Positions 47,450 through 60,267 of a DNA stretch of 64,000 nt are shown one piece after another (within the stretch, counting starts at the first letter, position 1; every line of letters begins with the position of its first letter). The notes under the pieces were generated by a model, which had not been told where the DNA came from, searched no databases, and was given only the letters and a program-made list of their open reading frames with translations. This DNA is from Octopus vulgaris (lineage: Eukaryota), in NCBI GenBank assembly GCA_951406725.2, contig OX597832.1:9858001-9922000 (forward strand). The letters are read 5' to 3'. The position numbers were made by a program, and so were the translations under genes.

Positions 47450-49190
47450 TAAAATTCTTAAGGTCAGCATTTATAATTAACTCAGATTTTAACCAATTGA
47501 GATGATGTTTACATTTTTAGATTGGTCACATTCTAAAGTAAAATTTTCATACACGAAATTTGAAAATTGCTTCGATTAAAAAGTGTCAGTAAAATATGTG
47601 AAATCAAAGTGTAACGCCTGAAATTTACTTTCAGTCCAAATATATTTTTTCAAGAAATGTATATTGTATTTTAGGTTATATTATAGACCTCGGTCACAGG
47701 AATATATCCATGCTACTTATGTGCAAAAATATTCAGTACGTAAAAGTACTGCGGTAAAAGCTGACGGAGCAAAAAGGAGATTAACGCCTGAAATCGATTT
47801 GACTCCAAAAATTATTTTTATGTAAAAATAAAAATATTTAAAAATTCATCTTTTCTGATTGATCTCAACTAGGGGAATCCGATTATACCAATTATTCTAA
47901 CAACATTTTAATTCAAATGTAACACCTAAAATCAAATTCAAAACCTAATTTTTTTTTATGTCATGTGATAGAACTCATCAAAGCGAGTGTCGTGGTGCTA
48001 ATCTTTTCAAAAAATATCGTTTACACGCTACTGTGTTTGAATAATATTCTTAAGGTCAACATTTACTTACTCACAACTAATTGTAGGCATTGTCACTAAC
48101 TCATTTTTAAATCAAATTAGACGAGGTCACAATCGGGAAAATAACTCCTGAAATCGACTTTGAAATCTTTTAATAAGTATATATTCCATTTTGGCTCATA
48201 TGATAGATATCGACAAAAGGTATCTATTCATGTTAGTTATGTGCAAAACTATTCAGTAGAAAATAAATACTGAGGTAATAACTGGGGAAAAAGAAATGAG
48301 ATTAACGCCCGAAGTCGATTTTGACTATACCTAAATTTAACTGATAGATCACGGCTACAGGAACCCCATGATGTTAATTATATATATATGTAAAATATAT
48401 GAAACAACTGTGACCAAATGTGCCGTAAACTGTGGTAGCTCCTAAAGGAAAATTCAAAGGAAACGTTTTCGTTTTTTTGTAGCTCATTAGAAAAAACAAG
48501 TGTAGTGGCGCTAATCTTTCCCCAAAAATATGCAAAATGAAGAGGTTATTATATAAGCTGAATGAGCCAATATTACATAAAACAATTTTCAAGTAATATT
48601 ATTACTTATTACAGTACTAAGCCCACGAGCTGGCAGAGTTAACACGCAGAGTGAAAGCTTCGAGTCATATCGTCTGTTTCTGCATTCTCAGTTCAAATTC
48701 TACTAAGTTCGTCTTTGCCTTTTATGTTTACCGTATTCGATAAAATGAGTATCAGCTAAGCACTGAGCTCATTGTAATCAAATTCCCACCCATCCGGATT
48801 TGATGGCCTCCTGCCTAAACTGAAAACTAATATTGCAGAATGTTTCATTCAGTTCAGTATTTAGGTATGTTGCAAAGCTTTACCTCATATTCTTAGAATG
48901 CACAATATTGTAATAAATATATTTTGAAATAAATCTAATTCACACATGACACTGTATAAATAATATTTTGAAGGTCAACATTTATTCACTCACGACCGCT
49001 TCTACAATTTGTCATTAAATCAGATTTTGTTTCACCATTTTTGATTATGTTTACACATTGTTAGATTGGTCAGATCCTACGCTACATTTTTGAGCTACAA
49101 AATTTAATTTGGTTTAGGAACAATAAAGTTGAGATTTCAATTATGTGACATCCAAATTAGGAGTAGAACGCCTGAAATCGATTTTACGGA
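47450..49190. repeat. Old higher-order tandem repeat
   Basis: AACGCCTGAAATCGATTT-like motif at about 47613, 47783, 47921, 48143, 48304, 49167; AAGGTCA(G/A)CATTTA at about 47460, 48052, 48971. Confidence 0.7.
48620..48835 (+). mobile_element. Degenerate SINE family A
   Basis: GAGCTGGCAGA head, GTTCAAATTC, TTTGCCTTT..CGATAAAATGAGTA. Confidence 0.65.
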
Positions 49191-49423
49191 TATAGACGCA
49201 ACGCTCCATACATTCTTTCGTAAATACACACACACTCACATACACATACACATACACATAAATAGGTTTCGAAACGCCCATGAAGGGAAACAAAGGTGAG
49301 TGTGAGGAATGCATAGCTTTAAGTAGAGATTGACAACAATTGAAGACAAGTGGACTATTTTTTGCTGTCCATTAAATACACACTCAAACAAGGTACAGGC
49401 ACACACAAACACACACATACATA

Positions 49424-49509
<86 letters not shown>

Positions 49510-50113
49510 GCATAGTAAACTAAACTGCAGCTGAGGCTTACAGTTTAATCATTTTCACCTAATCAAAACACAGGATTTAGAAGCAGTTATTTCCTGCTTG
49601 ATAGTTGTCGATCACAAAATGGAAACGAAATCATGATACGAAAATGAATTTTTATTAAACAAACGAAAGCAAAGCATCAGAATGGTTTAATAAGTTATTT
49701 GTTTGCTTTGAAACTTTAATGAAAAATAAATAGTAGCAGAATTTACATCATTTCTTTGGGTAAATTGACAAGGTTTCAGATAGCATGATTGGATTTTCAG
49801 AGTAGCAGAATTCGGATTTGATTTCATTTTCAGGCATGTTGGAAAGAGCTGTAGCTAAATTGCAGGTTTTATATTTATTTTGCCTGTATTTCAACTAACA
49901 AATTGACTTTGTTCCAAGAAGAGGAGGTATCTCCTCCTCTCATACTGTGGTTGCATTGGTTATTTTTTAAAAATAAGTGTTATATTTTATTTATAGAAAT
50001 TGCAGCTTTCTGGAAATTTGATTACAATACGGAATTTTAGCAAACACATTGAAACTTCATATATAATAATTTTATTCCTCAAAATATAATGATACAATAT
50101 GGTAATTGTTTCT

Positions 50114-50590
50114 AAGGCGGCGAGTTGGCAGAATGGGTAGCACCCCGGATGAAACGTTTAGCGGTATTTTACCTATCTAAAAGGCGGCGAGCTGGCAGAA
50201 ACGTTAGCACGCCGGGAGAGATGCTTAGTGGTATTTCGTCTGCCGTTACGTTGTAAGTTCAAATTCCGCCGAGGTCGACTTTGCCTTTCATCCTATCGAG
50301 GTCGATAAATTAAGTACCAGTTACGCACTGGGGTCGATGTAATCGACTTAATACCTATGTCTGTCCTTGTTTGTCCCCTCTATGTTTGGCCCCTTGTGGG
50401 TAATAAAGAAATAGGTATTTTACCTATCTTCCCGTTCTGAGTTCAAATACCACTGGTGCCGACTTTGCCTTTCATCCTTTCTGGGTCGATAAATTAAGTA
50501 CCAATGAAACACTAGGGTCTATGTAATCCACTTAGACTCCCTCCCACCAAAGAAATTCAGGCATTGTGCTTATAGTAGAAAGGAATATTG
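50114..50590 (+). mobile_element. SINE A inserted inside another SINE A variant
   Basis: Inner copy 50179-50413 flanked by 16-bp duplication GGTATTTTACCTATCT (50163-50178 and 50414-50429). Confidence 0.92.
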
Positions 50591-51530
50591 ATACTGTTTC
50601 TTTCTTTCAATGGGCAGACGTGAAAGTTTCTAGGAAAGCTGTTCGGATAGGGCACATGGTTCCTCGTGGCGTACGGTGGATACATTAGCTATATTTGCAG
50701 GGTTAAAACATTTCTATATTAGCCAATGGAAGGAAGCCTTGTTCAAGTAACTTTCTCTTATTTTTTTTAAATTCAAAAAATAATTTGAAAATAAAAGAAG
50801 AAGCATAAAATTCTTATTTATTTCAATAATCAACAAGGAAAAATAATTCAAATATTTTTACCAAAAGAATATTATTATTAGTAACACAAATATTTTTTAA
50901 CAAAAACATATTACTAGTAACGCATTGCCTGAAAAAAAAAGTGGATTGCAATGCAAAATGCGAGCGCATGCATGTTAATATTTTGAAGTTATTACACCTG
51001 GAATCGTACAGAACACGATTTCTGCAGTAGAATTTGCCTACTTCTTCACCTCTAAAGGATACTAAAATGTACTTAAAATTAAAATTCTATTGTACTTAAA
51101 ATATTGCTGGCAAGAATAGCATTTTTAAAATTAAAATATATTATATTAGTTAAATTTTAGATAATTTATTTTGTTTATTATGAGATTCTAAAAAGCAAGT
51201 AAATCTGTAAAAACATGGTACAAAAATAATTAAAAAAATTAACTTAAACAAAGTGTTTGTTTAATATCAGGTCTTTTGAAACATACAATTTTAATAGGCA
51301 TTGTGTTTAATTGTATCAAGTACAAACAATAAAATATGAACTTGTAAATAATGTAGCACAATATTTTCTTTATTCACTTGAAGTGAAATCCTATAAATAT
51401 AATCATTGATTGTAATAGAATGATCGTTAAATGGATTCAAATTAACCATATGCTCTGTTAGTTCTTCCATATTGAAAAAATATATTCTGACAAAACAATC
51501 ATTAGTACAATTTATTACTTAGCATTTATA

Positions 51531-51616
51531 CAGTAGAATTAGCCTAATTCGTTACTTCACCTAATTCGTCACTTTCAGTTTTCTCTTAGGGATGACTAAT
51601 TAGAAGAATTCTACTG
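51531..51616. mobile_element. Tiny pogo/Tigger-type MITE
   Basis: Termini CAGTAGAATT...AATTCTACTG; TA on the left flank. Confidence 0.6.
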
Positions 51617-51659
51617 GATTTTTAAAAAAAATTATTTTAAATTATCTCATTTTTAAGGC

Positions 51660-51808
51660 ACTGTCTTTTCCAAAAATAGGCCTATGGGCTTAAATAAAGA
51701 CTTAAAGAATTTTGCTTAAATAATATTTTTTTCTGAAATAAAAAGTGTTTCTGAATATAAGTCCATGGGCTGAAAATCGCATGGGCTTATTTTGGAAAAA
51801 AAACGGAG
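51660..51808. mobile_element. Small TIR element (MITE)
   Basis: TTTTCCAAAAATAGGCCTATG versus CATGGGCTTATTTTGGAAAA (imperfect inverted repeats). Confidence 0.5.
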
Positions 51809-51892
51809 TAATGTTTTTATAATTCTTGTTTTAATAAAATTTAGTAAATTTTAAAACTGTTATTCTCAGTTGCAATATTTTAAGTACAATAT

Positions 51893-52532
51893 GGCTGTGA
51901 GCTGACAGAAACTTTAGTATGCCGGGAGGAATGCTTTGTGGTATTTCGTCCGCCGTTACCTTTTCAGTTCAAATTCCGCCGAGGTCAACTTTGCTATTCA
52001 TCCTTTCGGGCTCGACTAAATAAGTACCATTTACGCACTGGGGTTGATATAATAGACTTAATCCTTTTGCCTGTCCCTGTTTGTCCCCTCTGTGTTTAGC
52101 CCCTTGTGAGTAGTAAAGAAATATGTATTTTACGGCAGCGAGCTGGCAGAATGGGTAGCACGGCGGGCAAAATGGTTGGCGGTATTTCGTCTGCCGCTAC
52201 ATTCAAAGTTTAAATTTCGCCGAGGTCGACTCCGCTTTTCATCGTTTCGGGGTCGATTAAATAAGTACTAGTTACGCACTGGAGTCGATATAATCGACTT
52301 AATCCGTTTCTCTTTCCTTGTTTGTCGTCTCTGTGTTTAGCCCCTTGTGGGTAGTAAAGAAACAGGTACTTCGTTTGTCTTTATGTTCTTAGTTGAAATT
52401 CCGCCGAGGTCGACTTTGCTATTCATTCCTTCGGGTCGATAAATTAAATATCTTTTGCGTACTGGGGTCGCTCTAATCAACTAGCACAGTCTCCTAAAAT
52501 TTCAGGCCTTGTGTCTAGATTAGAAATGAATA
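51893..52532 (+). mobile_element. Cluster of three tandem SINE A units
   Basis: Two complete units (about 51893-52122 and 52133-52363) plus a head-less third unit ending AAATTTCAGGCCTTGTG. Confidence 0.88.
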
Positions 52533-52627
52533 TTACTGCACTATAGAATCTGAAATGTAGTGATATTCAAGAATTCTTAAAGTAGCATCTGCAGAAGTTA
52601 TTTCAGACAGGTTCATTATATCTCTTA

Positions 52628-53002
52628 CTAGCAGTATCGCCCGGCGTTGCTCAGGTTTGTAAGGGAAATAACTATAAAGCATTTTTAGAGAGTTATAGCC
52701 AAAAAATAGAAAAAAAATGATGGTAAATTTTTTTTGAGAGTTAAAACAGGTGGAGTTGCGTCCCCTAGACGGTCTGTGGTTTGGGTTTCTCATTCTCGAC
52801 CCCATGTCGAATTTATCGATTTTTTTTCAGAACTGGGGGAACTTTTCAAAATTTTCGCTGCGTTAGTTTTGAATTATGACATTGGGCTATGTGTGTGTCA
52901 AGTTTCATCAGGATCGGTTGAAAGCCGTGGTCAGGGTGAGGGTACAAGCAAACAGACACACAGAAACACGCACAGACAAACTGCCGTTTATATAGAGAGA
53001 GA
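52628..53002 (-). mobile_element. Non-autonomous Helitron (375 bp)
   Basis: Minus strand starts TC(TCTCTCTATATAAAC) and ends CCTGAGCAACGCCGGGCGATACTG-CTAG (subterminal GC-rich hairpin plus CTAG); inserted between A and T with no target duplication. Confidence 0.82.
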
Positions 53003-53361
53003 TATTCTCATCATTGAAACAATTAATGTTATCTATCGTCAGAAATTAATTTCTGCAATTGATGAATTTCCCATTATGTTTTCAAAATGCAATATTACAT
53101 ACAAAGCACATGGTGATAATCGTAAATTCATTTTCAATGGTGACAATAGAATCTCAAGTGTTTACTAATCAAGACTATTCTTACAACATTAATTGTGAAA
53201 ATATTCTTCGCCGGTTGTTACTATTTGGAATTTAAGGCCCACAAACTGATATCGTCTGACATTTGGTTTATTTTCTTCGGGGTAAAATCTCAGATTACCA
53301 ATATGCCAAACTAAGGCATTTACTAATAAAATAATTTAAATGAATTCTAAAATACGGCTAT

Positions 53362-53404
53362 GCATTTCGCCCGGCGTGCTAACCTGTCTGCCAGCTCGCC
53401 GCCT
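53362..53404 (-). mobile_element. Isolated SINE A head
   Basis: Minus strand AGGCGGCGAGCTGGCAGACAGGTTAGCACGCCGGGCGAAATGC. Confidence 0.75.
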
Positions 53405-53961
53405 GATTCTTTTACCAATAATACCAATGTTAAAACAACAATCATTTAGATCAACTATTTCAAGACAAACATAATTATAGAGCTTGCGTATAACTTTTTT
53501 CAGAGTTCCTATAGTGTTAAAAGTGCAATATTGCTGCAAGCTGCATTTGTGTACTAAGGACTTAAAAATTAATCTTGTTAAGAATGTATGGGTGTCATTA
53601 ATTACACAAACAAGATATATTAAACAAATACCTTTCGTGACAAAACGTAATGTTAATTAGAAAATATAACAAATATATGAAGGCACACTTGTGACTACTT
53701 AGGAATACAATATCATCTTGATTTAGATTGAACTTCTTGTTCTCAGCAGAGACAGAGATTTACAGAAATCCAAGTAATCCACGTCAACTTCACCAATTCA
53801 CTTTTGCGAAAAGGAAACTACATATTGTAGCACATTGTCAGATATAAACGAAAGGTTTAGCATGCCTGTCGTCAAAACACTCCGTAATCCCGTTCGACTC
53901 GGGATGAAAAGAAATATCAACGGGAAACAACAATTCAGGAAATATATTAACATCTGTACGT

Positions 53962-54170
53962 ACTTCTTGTCTACTCTAGGTACAAAGCCCGACATTTTGG
54001 GGGATCGATTAGATCGGCCCCAATGCGCAACTGGTACTTAATTTATTGACCCCGGAACCATGAAAGACCAAATCGACCTGCTCGGAATTTGAACTCAGAA
54101 CATGAAGAGAGACGAAATACTGTTAAGCATTTCGCCTGGCGTGCTATAGTTTCTGCTAGCTTGCTGTCTT
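53962..54170 (-). mobile_element. Degenerate SINE family A variant
   Basis: Plus strand AACTGGTACTTAATTTATTGACCCC..GGAATTTGAACTC..GCATTTCGCCTGGCGTGCTA. Confidence 0.8.
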
Positions 54171-54329
54171 AACACTTTTACATATTTGCAAAACAAATGT
54201 TACGATGTAGATTCATACTCAAGTTTACGCCATTGTGGATTTGAGCATTCTATCGTTAAGAAACAGACGTCTGTTATCACATTCTTTCCAAATGTATTAG
54301 GTATTTGTGTATCTTCATACAACGAAGAA

Positions 54330-55260
54330 CTTCTGAATCAAATTGTTACAGCTTGAAAACTATTATATGCTATCAGCAAAATATATAATGGAAAATAAAA
54401 TCGATATATTAATGCCAAAATAGTATGTTCACCGTGGAAAAATTAACGTCAATTACACACGATAAATTTTCTCCGGCAGACTGTAAACAAGCCCGATCAA
54501 CAACAAAAATATCATATTGTAAAGAATTTGTAGGTAGATATGTCCGTGGTATACATTGCTTTCCTGAAGGCATTTGCCTACAGGTTTCTATACACATCCA
54601 TTTTCCCTCTAAACGTTATTTTAGTATTTTTACAATATTTGGTACTAAATTTCACGAACGCGTGGAGTGTGGTGTTGAACTAAAAGCAAGTAGAAATGGT
54701 TGCCATTCGTCTAGGACTGCAAATAATACACTTTCGTTCCTTATAAATGTGTCAGTAGGAATTGTAACAATTGAAGTCTATTCTATTATTTCTTGAGTCT
54801 GATATGTTGAAGATGCACCTTCATCTTTTAAGAATAGACATTAGCTTCGATATCCTTTCCTTTTCTACATTTTCTCTCAGATTGTAAACGAGTTTCGGTG
54901 AGTATTGCTGACATATTTATATACGTTATTCTTATTTTAAAGTTTCTCCCACAGAGATGCCAAAACTTGTCGAGGAAATTATCAGTAAATTCTGTGTAAA
55001 AGGTTTAGATATATTACGGAAACAAAATACATTATTACTTTGGAATAAGAATATATTATATGTGTGTATGATGGGATATTTACTAACTTAGATTTGGGAT
55101 GCAAGGATTTATTCTAGACTGAAATATGTAACATGCATTTATCAAGCGAGAAAAAGATTAGGCCAACGTTACAGTTTTAGACCATTTATTAGCCTTCATT
55201 GTCTGGTTGTAAATATTGTAAGAATATTATTTGAGATTGATGGTGATATATTGACTATTC
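54330..55260 (+). mobile_element. Possible decayed CR1-type RT relic
   Basis: VDMSVVYIAFLKAFA (compare VDVIYLDFAKAFD); otherwise very degraded. Confidence 0.4.
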
Positions 55261-56011
55261 TTATGCCGTGCTGTCATCTTTAATTCTTTCCCTACACAGA
55301 TAGGTTCTTTTTACACAAGCAGCCCCCACATACTATTCATATCTAGTCTACCGGTTTCGACATATTGATATCTAATCTACCGGTTTCGACACATAAGGAT
55401 CCGACAACCTGCTTTTACATTGTCAGTCATAATGCCAATGTATAATGTGACATTTGAGTCACGGCAACGATTTTAAAAAAAGAAACCCATTGATGTTGCA
55501 AGTATTAGTATCATGGGTCAGTTCAGGCCGTATATTTGCAGCAGTTACATGTAAATATACGCACGCATATATTTGTATATATGTATCTATACCATACGTG
55601 GGTTTCTTTGAAGAGAAACACGGGAGAGAAGACAGAGAGCGAGAGAGGAGGGAGGAAGATGAAAGAGAGTGGGTAATGCGTATTTGTTTTAGAGCTGTTT
55701 TTTCTTTTTATATTGCAGTCAATATTTGAGTTATAAATTCGAAGTTTAGCCTTTTTAGACAAAAACAATTGACTGAAACACATATTTGCACCACAATAAA
55801 TTCATGCCTTTGTATTTATCGTTCTTTTTAAATGTTCCATTTATAGATATTCTGAGTAAAATATTTGCGTACGTCTTGAAAAATGAAAGAAAAAAAATAT
55901 TCGTTGGTTTCAAGTTCTAGTAGATTTAGCCGTTCTGTATATTTCTGAATAAGAGAAATAGTTTACAATTTAATGAAAAAGATGCTTTCGTATTGATCTT
56001 TCCAGAACCTG

Positions 56012-56102
<91 letters not shown>

Positions 56103-56393
56103 TAGGTGAAACTACTATAGATAAATGGATGAATGAATGAATAAAGTGAATGTGGAGAAATAAAGCAATGTTCAAAATTATGTAAGATAGGTAAGATAGT
56201 TTATGAGATATTTTCGGATTATATAATATAAAGTTCCTTGTATATACATGAACGCACATACACACACACTAACTTGCACAAACAAACACGCACTGAAAGT
56301 CATATGCATATACCTGCATGTATATATGTATATGTGTATCTATATTCATAAGGCTTTGTATTTATATACGTGAGTATATATGAATATACATAA

Positions 56394-56437
<44 letters not shown>

Positions 56438-57018
56438 TGTAAATTTAGAGTGAATACTTGGTGTATGGTCATAAGTATTGCCTAGATCTAGAAAACCTAT
56501 AAGTAACTCTCTATGAAGGAGGCTGGGTAGTGGAAACCCTCTGTCAAGATGTTCATTACTACTTAAAGTGGCAAGACGCTAGTAAAAGCTATTATGTTAA
56601 TACGGAGGAGATTACCATAAGGTACGACGGATGATGTATATAAATAATATTGTTATGTCGTATGAAGATGGAATTTAAGATTACTAAAAATGATAATATA
56701 CCCAGAATAGATAAATCATGTATATATACCAATTTTCAACATTAGAAAATGATAATTGCATAGAATTAGTTTAATATTCATTCCTGCACTTAATTATTTA
56801 CTTAGGTGTTTTTTTATTGCTCTGTGTATTTACTTATAGAATACTGGCGCGATAAATCAAGCTCTCTTGATATTAATTATAAGCTAAGGATCAGAAAAAA
56901 TCGGGAAAATATGTTGTAGACAGATACATACACACATTTATCTATGTGCACACATGTAAATATACACAAATAGTTGTACTTTATTATGGTTATGTTATAA
57001 TCAACTCTTGTAGACCTG

Positions 57019-57513
57019 AGTAACTTGAAAGTTTTTATTTCTCTTTAAGAACATTAATACCTTATAAGGGATAAAGGTTAGTAGGTAAAGATATCAAAAT
57101 AAGAGAACACAATAATAATAAGAAAAAATTATAGAGAACAATAAGAAAATATATATAACTTACATATAATACTAGCAGGTAAGTTCACATCATATACCTA
57201 ACTAAAATTATTTTCTCCCAAGTTCAGTGTAGCACCAGTAAACGATAATTTAGAAAATATTTAAACGTAAGGTTGTCACTATGTACGCATGACACCCTTA
57301 TGTCTAATCTATTATTAACCAGGTTATTCTTGTCCCGGTAATTAAAATTTCATAAGTTTCCACAGAGCACAGCTCTAGTTCTACATATTTCTTTACTATT
57401 CTCGATAATTTCTTATCCTTGTGTTCTCTTATTTTGATATATTTACCTATTAACCTTTATCACTTATAAGTTATTAATGTTCTTAAAGAGAAAACAAAAA
57501 AATGTAGTTACTT
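57019..57513. mobile_element. Foldback/MITE with about 140-bp imperfect terminal inverted repeats
   Basis: 57019-57160 is the reverse complement of about 57377-57513 (shared TTTCTCTTTAAGAACATTAATA and ATATCAAAATAAGAGAACACAA). Confidence 0.88.
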
Positions 57514-57834
57514 ACGTGTATATATGTGTGTGTATGTGTGTGTGTTTGTGTGTGTGTGCCTGTGTCTGTTTGTGCGTATGTGTGTATGTTTTTAGTAGAA
57601 TTTATTTGACGTTTTTAATAGGTCTGCTATCACATTTTAACCTCATGAAAACGTCTTTTCCAGCAGATTTATGGACTCATGATCTGTGTCCGAGACTTAC
57701 CGTAGGTAAATGAGCTGCTACTCCCGTCTAGCCGTTGGCAGTACCAAAACACCAATGGTTTCTTGGTAAAGTCCTTTTTTCGGTACTTAAGAAGCGCCTG
57801 GGCAGAGACAGTGGCCAACAGACATTGCAGTCGT

Positions 57835-58240
57835 AGGAAAATTCGTGGGCAAAGGATCATGCAGCATCAACTATATAGCATTTGTGGTGCATCTTACCCA
57901 CCACTATTAGGTCCGGTTTGTTATGCTTTTGCAACTGATGTGTTCAGATTGGGAAATCCCAGAGGAATTTGCTAGTCTCCGACTCCACCACTCTGTGGCT
58001 TATGCTCCTACCACGTCTTGCCTCTTTCTAGCCCCCACTTTTCGCACAGTTTCTTATATAGTTCTTTCGCTACCTGATTGTATCGCCATAACTTGTATTG
58101 GTTTTGGGAAATCTAGGACATTCGTTCGTGACATGAACAAAGTTTTTACCCAAACTAATGCAGATACAGCACAGCAGAGACACTTGCTAATTGCTAAGGC
58201 TGACCCTCCAGTTCGTGGCCAAAGCTTAGTCTTGTGATGC
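57835..58240 (-). mobile_element. R4/Dong RLE-domain relic
   Basis: ASQD*ALATNW, QYKLWRYNQVAKELYKKLCEKWG, KFLWDFPI*T..HNKPDLIVV..CYIVDAA. Confidence 0.75.
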
Positions 58241-58399
58241 GTCTATAGAGCTCTTGGTTACTGTTTAATGTTCCTTACGTGCCCTTCGTTTCTTTTTTTA
58301 GTGTTCCTGTCATTATTTTATAATATTGTTATTTTGATATACGCTGTACAAATTAGCCTGTTGGAAAATAAAATAAAATCATAACATCGGGGTGCAACA

Positions 58400-59715
58400 A
58401 GTAAACTTAATTGCCAAGAACCCGCTTGTCTCCACCAAGTAAACTCAGATGTAAAAACCCCTCCTAAGAAGCCTAGCTGTACCGAATTAGACTGGTTTCT
58501 GGAGCTGTATTAAACTGTGTTTTATATCCATTTCCTCTATCCATCCGTTCAGATTTTAGGGAGTCTTCCCAGTGCACTTATAACAACTGGGATACATTTT
58601 ACCCACACTTTCCATAGTCTCTGTAATTCAATAGCGATTTCCTTTTACTTAGCTATTTTTTCTATACTTCTCATTATTCAGGATTGTAAAGTCAGTTATC
58701 TTGTACTTATTATTCTCTTTATCTACCACTACTTAATGGGACCTTCTAGCTTCTATTACTCTGTCAGTCTGAATGTTGCAGTCCGACAGCATCTTATATT
58801 TCTTACTTTCTATTACTTTAGTAGAATCATGTTCAGTTTTCATACAGTTTATAAGTATGTTTAAATCCTAGCTTTCTCCAAAACTCCAGTAGATTACTCT
58901 CCCTAGACTATCATGTCTTTTCTTGTATTCTTTCTGTGAAGCATGCTACATCCAATCACTATATGCGTAACGCTCTCCTCTTTTGATTTGCATAATCTAG
59001 TTTGGGAATCTGCTTCATTTTAAGGTATACTTCCTATACACAGCGGAGCCCCTTGCTCATTGCTAAGTTTGACCTTCCAGTTCGTTGTCAACGATTGGCC
59101 TTACGCTGCGCGTATAGTACTCTCAGTCGATTTTTTCATGGTTCCTTTACTTAGCCAACCCCAACTACGTTCTCTAGCAACTTCTGTTGAGGCTACATGG
59201 AATCGTATGCTTAGTACGTCCTTAAAAAATTTATCTCCAAGTCTTTTTAGTACTTCTTCCTTTGTTTTCCCTTCTTTCGCTGCTTTCAATCCTCACTAGC
59301 AAGGTTTCCTTTCTTTAGGCTAGGTATCTTATTAATCCCAAGAGTTCCAAACGCACAAAGTCTTTCACACTTATCAGTCCCCTTTGCCCATTTCCTCTCT
59401 TCATATATACGCAATCAGTGTCTGCACGTGGATGATGCGCTCCATGCATCGTTAGGAGCGTTCTTAAAACCCTGTCCATCTTCTTTAGCTCCTCCTCTGA
59501 CCACTTCAGGATTCCACTGTTATACTAAACTACTGCGACTGCGCGAGGGTTTATTGCCGAAATTATGATTCTGGCATTCAGCTTTCAAGCCCCAGGTACA
59601 CTCGCCCCAGGTATACTCATTTTGTCTTTTTCTTCATGCCGTGGTGTTTGATTCCATTTGCCTCAAGTATTCTCATGTATTTATAACTGGTCTGTGGTTG
59701 AATTGCCTTCATCAT
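58400..59715 (-). mobile_element. Decayed 5'-truncated R4/Dong element (thumb to RLE)
   Basis: YKYMRILEA, KWSEEELKKMDR..LTMHGAHHPRADTD, WGWLSKGTMKKSTES, ESVTHIVIGC, IPVVISALG; abuts an ATT tract. Confidence 0.8.
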
Positions 59716-59720
59716 TCCAC

Positions 59721-59792
<72 letters not shown>

Positions 59793-59808
59793 CATCATTA
59801 TTATTCAT

Positions 59809-59953
59809 GTCACTGCTGGAATCAAACTCGGAATCTTGAAGTTAGTAGCCCGCACTCTTAACCACTACATCATATGTTCACGGGTATATGGCGTAGAGGT
59901 TAAGAGCGCGGGCTACTAACCCCAAGATTCCGAATTCGATTCCAAGCGGTGAC
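59809..59953. repeat. Head-to-head palindrome of two tRNA-like (Pol III A/B-box) sequences
   Basis: 59809-59879 is the reverse complement of 59882-59953; each arm has a TGGCGTAG(A/T)GG-like A-box and a GA(A/G)TT(C/T)GATTCC B-box, followed by (TAA)n. Confidence 0.88.
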
Positions 59954-59960
59954 CTGAATG

Positions 59961-60154
<194 letters not shown>

Positions 60155-60224
60155 AATAATAATAATAATATCATCACCGAAAAATATTTTAGGAATGAGA
60201 ACACAGGTTCGAAATTTCACCAAG

Positions 60225-60267
60225 ACACCTGATGAAGTCTGGGGGTGTGTCAGCCAAAACGTTGTGT
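60225..60267 (+). ncRNA. Degenerate minimal type-I hammerhead ribozyme-like motif
   Basis: ACAC-CTGATGA-(A)GTCTG..CAGCC-AAAAC-GTT-GTGT: stem I ACAC/GTGT, imperfect stem II, palindromic AACGTT in place of stem III; core GAAA reads AAAA. Confidence 0.6.

Noticed and set aside
49520-49900. Mariner-like TAAEAY peptide
   Set aside because: Isolated short match with no further transposase motifs or terminal repeats.
59882-59953. Functional tRNA gene
   Set aside because: Acceptor stem pairs poorly, the anticodon position reads an atypical ACT, and there is no oligo-T terminator; it is better explained as a SINE-type head.
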